Positions 59,235 through 64,000 of a stretch of DNA of 64,000 nt are shown here, one piece after another. The translations under genes were made by a program, and so were the position numbers. The notes beneath the pieces were generated by a model. The model did not search any database. It was not told the DNA's origin and saw only the letters and a list, made by a program, of their open reading frames with translations. The stretch's first letter is position 1. The number at the start of each line of letters is the position of its first letter. The DNA is from Candidatus Spongiisociaceae bacterium (lineage in GTDB: Bacteria > Actinomycetota > Acidimicrobiia > Spongiisociales > Spongiisociaceae): contig OZ253564.1 of the NCBI GenBank assembly GCA_965262915.1, forward strand, positions 1,504,001-1,568,000, given 5' to 3'.

Positions 59235-59666
59235 ATGGCCACCTACCGCCGGACCCAGTACACCAATACCGCGGTGATGGTTCCGCTGTACTACGGGTGG
59301 CTGGTCGTGGTTCTCGTCGTAGGATTCGGGGACCTACCGACACTACTTCCGGTGTTGGTGGTTCCCGCGTTGCTGGTGTCGGTGCTGTTCTTCGGCTTCC
59401 GGAGCCTCATGGTGTCGGTGACTCCGGCGGAGGTGGATCTGGCCTACTCGTTCGGATGGCCCAGGAAGAGGATCGAGAGGGCCGCGATAGTGTCGGCCGA
59501 ACCCCTCCGGATCCCCTGGTGGTACGGGGCGGGCATCCGCCGTACACCCAAGGGCTGGATGTGGAGTATCTGGGGCTTCGACACGGTCTTCCTCACGCTG
59601 GCCGACGGGCGGCGTTTCCTGATCGGCACGGAGGATCCGGAAGGCCTGGCTGCCGCTCTCGGCTGA
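59235..59666 (+). CDS. Small membrane protein
   Basis: Two TM segments, WWYGAGIR and FLIGTEDPEGL. Confidence 0.8.
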   Translation: MATYRRTQYTNTAVMVPLYYGWLVVVLVVGFGDLPTLLPVLVVPALLVSVLFFGFRSLMVSVTPAEVDLAYSFGWPRKRIERAAIVSAEPLRIPWWYGAGIRRTPKGWMWSIWGFDTVFLTLADGRRFLIGTEDPEGLAAALG

Positions 59667-59696
59667 ATAGGGCGCCGGAACCGGGTCCGAGGGAGG

Positions 59697-60060
59697 TCAG
59701 CCGCGAATCATCGACTGGTGGATGTCGAGATAGCGGATGACGGTGTCCCGCGAGAAGTCGCTCGACATGCCGCTTCTCTCCAGTCGGCGCCAGCCGTGGA
59801 CGTTCCGGGTGAGAATCCGGCCGGCGCGCCGGATCGTCTTGAGCAGGCTTCGGGCGTGGAGGACCTGAATTCGGGTCCGGTCGGCTCATCCACCACAGCA
59901 TCTCCACCCGTGCCGCGGACGGCTTCTGGTACGCGCTGCGCACGGTGGTCACATCCATCGAGGGGAACACATTGCGGACCTTGAGGCAGCTTCGGCCATA
60001 GGAATACCGGTGGTGAAGGTCCGCTCCGAGATGGCGCATCGGCCCTACGACGCCCGCCGA
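59697..60060 (-). pseudogene. Decayed glycogen synthase (GlgA-like) C-terminal remnant
   Basis: Fragments across frames: DLHHRYSYG, RGTGGDAVVDEPTG and SLLKTIRRAGRILTRNVHGWRRLERSGMSSDFSRDTVIRYLDIH. Confidence 0.5.
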
Positions 60061-60161
60061 CGCCGGCTGCTGCGCGCCGAGCCCCCCGATCCTTCTCGGT
60101 TGGAACACCACATGGGGACACCATTGGCCCAGGTTATGAGGGTCTAGAGACACCGGATGCA

Positions 60162-60665
60162 GTGGCCGCTGCCGACCGCAAGTCTACCGGAGGTACCCTG
60201 CCGGAAACCCCCAGCAGACCCGGGGGCAGGCCGGGGGGTTTCGGGCGCGGTTCCGGATCTTTCGGCCAACAACCGACGACCCGGCCGGATACGACGAGAG
60301 ACTACTTCATCGACGACAACGGGAACATCCATGAAGACAACATCAACCAACTGGCCGAGGCTCGCATAACGGCCGGTTGCAATCCTCCGGAGGCAGACGG
60401 GTACTGCCCCGACGAAGCGGTGACTCGAGCGCAGATGGCCAGTTTCCTGGCGCGTGCCGTGAAGCTGTCCTACACCTCCGGTGACCACTTCGTCGACGAT
60501 GAGGGGAATGTTCACGAGGAGAACATCAGCCGATTGGCTCAGTCCGGTATGACGCTGGGCTGCAACCCGCCGGAGCGTGACCGCTTCTGTCCGGATGATG
60601 TGGTGACTCGGGCGCAGATGGCCAGTTTCCTCGCCCGTGTCCTGATGGTGATTGCACCGGTGTAG
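60162..60665 (+). CDS. Stand-alone SLH-like repeat protein (two modules), possibly 5'-truncated
   Basis: Two copies of F.DD.GN.HE.NI..LA....T.GCNPPE.D..CPD..VTRAQMASFLAR. Confidence 0.78.
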   Translation: MAAADRKSTGGTLPETPSRPGGRPGGFGRGSGSFGQQPTTRPDTTRDYFIDDNGNIHEDNINQLAEARITAGCNPPEADGYCPDEAVTRAQMASFLARAVKLSYTSGDHFVDDEGNVHEENISRLAQSGMTLGCNPPERDRFCPDDVVTRAQMASFLARVLMVIAPV

Positions 60666-60916
60666 GCGACTACCAGGACGTAAACAGATCTCGGGGCCCC
60701 GCCACTCCGACCCGATCCGGCCTGCCGAGTGATCGAGGATGGTCGGGGGAATGGCCGAGAAACGGGCGAACAGGCACATTCCGATCACCCTTCTGCAAGC
60801 ACGCTGGGGCACCGTCCGCATCTCTCGGCGAACTGCCTACCCCCGTTCGGATGACCCGGTCCGGGTTTGACGATTCCGGGTCGCTGGCGGCCGCCAACCA
60901 CGGGTAGGATTCCGGC

Positions 60917-61213
60917 GTGCCCGTCGATATCGATATCTCCCATGTGGCGCGTCTGGCGCGACTCAGGCTGTCGCCGGAGGAACTGGATACCTACGGCCGG
61001 CAATGCGGCGAACTGCTGGAGCATGTGGCCCGGATCCAGGCAGTGGACACCGTAGGAGTGGAGCCCACCTCCCATCCGTTACCGATGACCAACCGGTTCC
61101 GTGAGGATCGTGTCACGCCCGAGTCCGTTCTGGATCGTGACGAGGTGCTGGCACAGGCCCCCCGTGCGGAGGGGGACTTCTTCCGGGTGCCGCCGGCTCT
61201 CGAGGACGCCTGA
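60917..61213 (+). CDS. gatC: Asp/Glu-tRNA amidotransferase subunit C
   Basis: HVARLARL, VDT.GVEPTSH and FFRVP. TAGGAT -10 element 6 nt upstream. Confidence 0.94.
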   Translation: MPVDIDISHVARLARLRLSPEELDTYGRQCGELLEHVARIQAVDTVGVEPTSHPLPMTNRFREDRVTPESVLDRDEVLAQAPRAEGDFFRVPPALEDA

Positions 61214-62697
61214 TGGAACCCGTCTCCATTGCCGGGGCGGCCCGAGCGTTGCGGGAAGGGTCGACCACGTCCGTGCGGCTCGCCGAGCAGGTGCTGGCGA
61301 GGTGCTCCATGGTCGAGGCCCAGGTCCACGCCTACCTGACGCTGGACTCCGAAGGGTTGCTACGCGCCGCCCACGAGGCCGACGAGGCCTGGGCGGCGGG
61401 AGACGACCGGGGACCGCTCCACGGCATCCCCATCGCCCTCAAGGACAACCTGACCACCCGGGGGATGGAGACCACGGCCGGTTCCAAGATCCTGGCCGGG
61501 TACCGACCTCCTTACGACGCCACCGCGGTCCGGCGCCTGCACGACTCGGGGGCGCTGATAACCGGCAAGACCAACCTCGACGAGTTCGCCATGGGATCGT
61601 CGACGGAGAACTCGGCCTACGGTCCTACCCGCAACCCGTGGAACACCGACCGGGTTCCGGGTGGCTCGTCGGGTGGCAGCGCGGCGGCGGTCGCCGCCCG
61701 GATGGCCTTCGGAGCCCTGGGTTCCGACACGGGAGGGTCGATCCGCCAGCCCGCCTCCCTGTGCGGCATCGTCGGCGCCAAGCCCACCTACGGTGCGGTG
61801 AGCCGCTACGGCCTGATCGCCTTCGCCTCGTCGCTCGACCAGATCGGTCCGCTGGCACACACCGTGGAGGACGCCGCCCTGTTGCTCGACGCGGTGAGCG
61901 GCCACGATCCCCTCGACGCCACCTCCTACCCGGGTGAGATAGCCCCGGCGAGCGGGAGGTTAGGCCGGGGTCTGGAGGGGGTGCGGGTCGGGGTGGTCGG
62001 CGAGATGGGAGATGATGTGGCGGTGGAGCCTGACGTGGCGGCCTCCTTCACAGCCATGGTGGCGGCGATGGAACGGGCCGGGGCCAGGATCGTGGATGTC
62101 TCACTCCCGTCCACCTCCGAAGCCCTGTCCGCCTACTACCTGATCGCCCCGGCCGAGTGCTCGGCCAATCTGGCCCGCTTCGACGGGGTCCGGTACGGCC
62201 TTCGGGTCGATGGAGCCACCACTGAGGAGATGATGTCGCGTTCGCGGGCCGAGGGTTTCGGGCCGGAGGTCACCCGCCGGGTGCTGCTGGGGACCTTCGC
62301 CCTGTCGGCCGGCTACCACGAGGCCTTCTACGGCCAGGCCCAGAAGGTGCGCACCCTGATACGGCGGGAGTTCGCCCTCGCCTACCGGCATTGCGACGTG
62401 GTGGTGTCGCCCACCAGCCCTACCACCGCTTTCCCGTTGGGGGACAGGACCGAGGATCCCCTCTCCATGTACGTGAGCGACGTGTTCACGATTCCGTCCA
62501 ACCTGGCCGGGCATCCGGCCATCAGCATCCCGGTCGGTCTCGACCGCTGGGGCCTGCCCATCGGGTTCCAGGTGATGGCCCCCGCCCTCGAGGAAGCGAT
62601 CATGTTCCAGGTTGCCGAGGTGACAGAAGCGCTGGCCTCGTTCGACACCACCGTGCCCTACGACCCGGAGTTCGGATTCAGAGGAGGTGTCCGGTGA
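61213..62697 (+). CDS. gatA: Asp/Glu-tRNA amidotransferase subunit A
   Basis: KTNLDEFAMGSSTE, GGSSGGS, DTGGSIRQPA and NLARFDGVRYG. Confidence 0.96.
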   Translation: MEPVSIAGAARALREGSTTSVRLAEQVLARCSMVEAQVHAYLTLDSEGLLRAAHEADEAWAAGDDRGPLHGIPIALKDNLTTRGMETTAGSKILAGYRPPYDATAVRRLHDSGALITGKTNLDEFAMGSSTENSAYGPTRNPWNTDRVPGGSSGGSAAAVAARMAFGALGSDTGGSIRQPASLCGIVGAKPTYGAVSRYGLIAFASSLDQIGPLAHTVEDAALLLDAVSGHDPLDATSYPGEIAPASGRLGRGLEGVRVGVVGEMGDDVAVEPDVAASFTAMVAAMERAGARIVDVSLPSTSEALSAYYLIAPAECSANLARFDGVRYGLRVDGATTEEMMSRSRAEGFGPEVTRRVLLGTFALSAGYHEAFYGQAQKVRTLIRREFALAYRHCDVVVSPTSPTTAFPLGDRTEDPLSMYVSDVFTIPSNLAGHPAISIPVGLDRWGLPIGFQVMAPALEEAIMFQVAEVTEALASFDTTVPYDPEFGFRGGVR

Positions 62698-64000
62698 GCT
62701 GGGATGCCGTGATCGGTCTGGAGACCCACGTCGAGTTGTCGACTGAGTCGAAGATGTTCTGCGGGTGCCCGGCCCGTTTCGACGCTGCTCCCAACACCAA
62801 CGTGTGCCCGGTCTGCCTCGGGCTCCCGGGAGCGCTGCCGGTGCCCAACCGGGAGGCGATCAACCGCATCATGAGGATCGGCCTGGCGCTCGACTGCTCG
62901 ATCACCCGGCGTCCGGTCTTCCATCGCAAGAACTACTTCTACGCCGACCTGCCCAAGAACTACCAGATCTCCCAGTTCGACCTGCCCGTATGCGTGGACG
63001 GGTACCTCGACGTGGGAGGCGACCACGCCGGGCGGGTGGGCATAGAACGGGTCCACCAGGAGGAGGACACCGGCAAGAGCACCCATGTGGGAGGAGATGG
63101 CCGGATCAGCGCCGCCGAGTACTCGCTGCTGGACTTCAACCGGTCGGGCGTGGCCCTCGTCGAGATCGTCACCCGGCCCGACATCCGGTCCGCCGCCCAG
63201 GCGAGGGCCTACGCCCAGGAGCTGCGGCTGCTCGTGGAGGCGCTCGGCGTGTCCGACGCCAAGCTGGAAGAGGGCTCGATCCGCTTCGACGCCAACGTCT
63301 CGCTACGTCCGGGTCCGGAAGCGCCTCTGGGGACGAAGGTCGAGGTCAAGAACATGAACTCCTTCCGGTCGCTCGAGAAGGCCATCGCATACGAGATCGA
63401 GCGGCAGACCGCTCACCTGACCCGGGGCGGCCACATCGTGATGGAGACCCGGCACTGGGACGAGGAGGCCGGCGTGACCCGTGGTGGGCGGGTCAAGGAG
63501 GGCAGCTCGGACTACCGCTACTTCCCCGACCCCGACCTGGTACCCATGGAGCTCGACCGGAAGTGGGAGGAGGAGATGGCGGCCCTGCTCCCCGAGTTGC
63601 CCGCCCAGCGGCGGTCCCGGTTCCAGGCGATGGGGATCGATCCGGCCCAGGCGGCCACACTGGCCGGTGCGGACCCTCACCTGCGGGGGCTCTTCGGGGA
63701 GGCGGTCGAGGCAGGCGCAGACCCTGTGCAGGCCGCCAACTGGGTCACCGGCGAGGTGGTGGCCACCCTGCGCCGTTCGGGCCGCTCCTCCCTGGAGGGG
63801 TCGCCTCTCACCGGTTCCGACCTGGCCCGTCTGCTGGCGATGATCGAAGGCGCGACCCTCTCCGGGTCGGCCGCCCGGGAGGTGCTGGCGGGGGTGATGG
63901 AAGGGGAGGGCTCTCCGGAGGAGGTGGCGACGACGCGGGATCTCCTCCAGATCTCGGATGCGAGCGTGCTGGAGTCGGCGGTCGCAGCCGTGATAGACGC
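62694..64000 (+). CDS. gatB: Asp/Glu-tRNA amidotransferase subunit B (runs off the window end)
   Basis: IGLETHVEL...KMFC, RKNYFYADLPKNYQISQ and DYRYFPDPDL. Confidence 0.96.
   Translation, partial: MSWDAVIGLETHVELSTESKMFCGCPARFDAAPNTNVCPVCLGLPGALPVPNREAINRIMRIGLALDCSITRRPVFHRKNYFYADLPKNYQISQFDLPVCVDGYLDVGGDHAGRVGIERVHQEEDTGKSTHVGGDGRISAAEYSLLDFNRSGVALVEIVTRPDIRSAAQARAYAQELRLLVEALGVSDAKLEEGSIRFDANVSLRPGPEAPLGTKVEVKNMNSFRSLEKAIAYEIERQTAHLTRGGHIVMETRHWDEEAGVTRGGRVKEGSSDYRYFPDPDLVPMELDRKWEEEMAALLPELPAQRRSRFQAMGIDPAQAATLAGADPHLRGLFGEAVEAGADPVQAANWVTGEVVATLRRSGRSSLEGSPLTGSDLARLLAMIEGATLSGSAAREVLAGVMEGEGSPEEVATTRDLLQISDASVLESAVAAVID

Overview
High-GC window, most likely from an actinobacterium of class Acidimicrobiia. 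This is an inference from leaderless TANNNT promoters, deoC followed by two aldehyde dehydrogenases, dapC-dapD-dapE, NiSOD and Cys-containing S-layer-homology-like repeats. PD40 and RCC1 repeat proteins and many PIN toxin-antitoxin (TA) relics would fit a host-associated lineage such as a sponge symbiont, but this is not proven. Bases 1-16.9 kb are an accessory catabolic island. It starts with a decayed IS3 element and carries a Dpp/Opp-type ABC importer, a cyclase, a Cys-less OsmC-fold protein, a PrpD-family protein, a deleted leuC/leuD relic, an isochorismatase-family amidohydrolase, a VOC protein, a GntR regulator, two PuuE-like deacetylases and a truncated HMG-CoA lyase. Four copies of a TTGYATRCAA operator link these genes. 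The rest is mostly core genome: korAB, sodN/sodX, an ABC exporter, metG, rmuC, deoC, pgl, rpiB, iscS-mnmA-ligA, dapCDE and gatCAB. It is interrupted by a Fic gene, a 188-bp IS1380-type MITE, a decaying cluster of three TA loci and a glgA-like relic. The most intriguing unannotated signals are: (1) a promoter-driven ~330-nt structured RNA candidate at 44573-44905 with seven ACCGA motifs and a sequestered SD plus 10-codon ORF; (2) a 6S-like rod-shaped RNA candidate at 56012-56150; (3) three leaderless mini-ORFs coupled by ATGA overlaps to downstream genes. All protein calls are by motif recognition from the translations; no database search or folding program was run.
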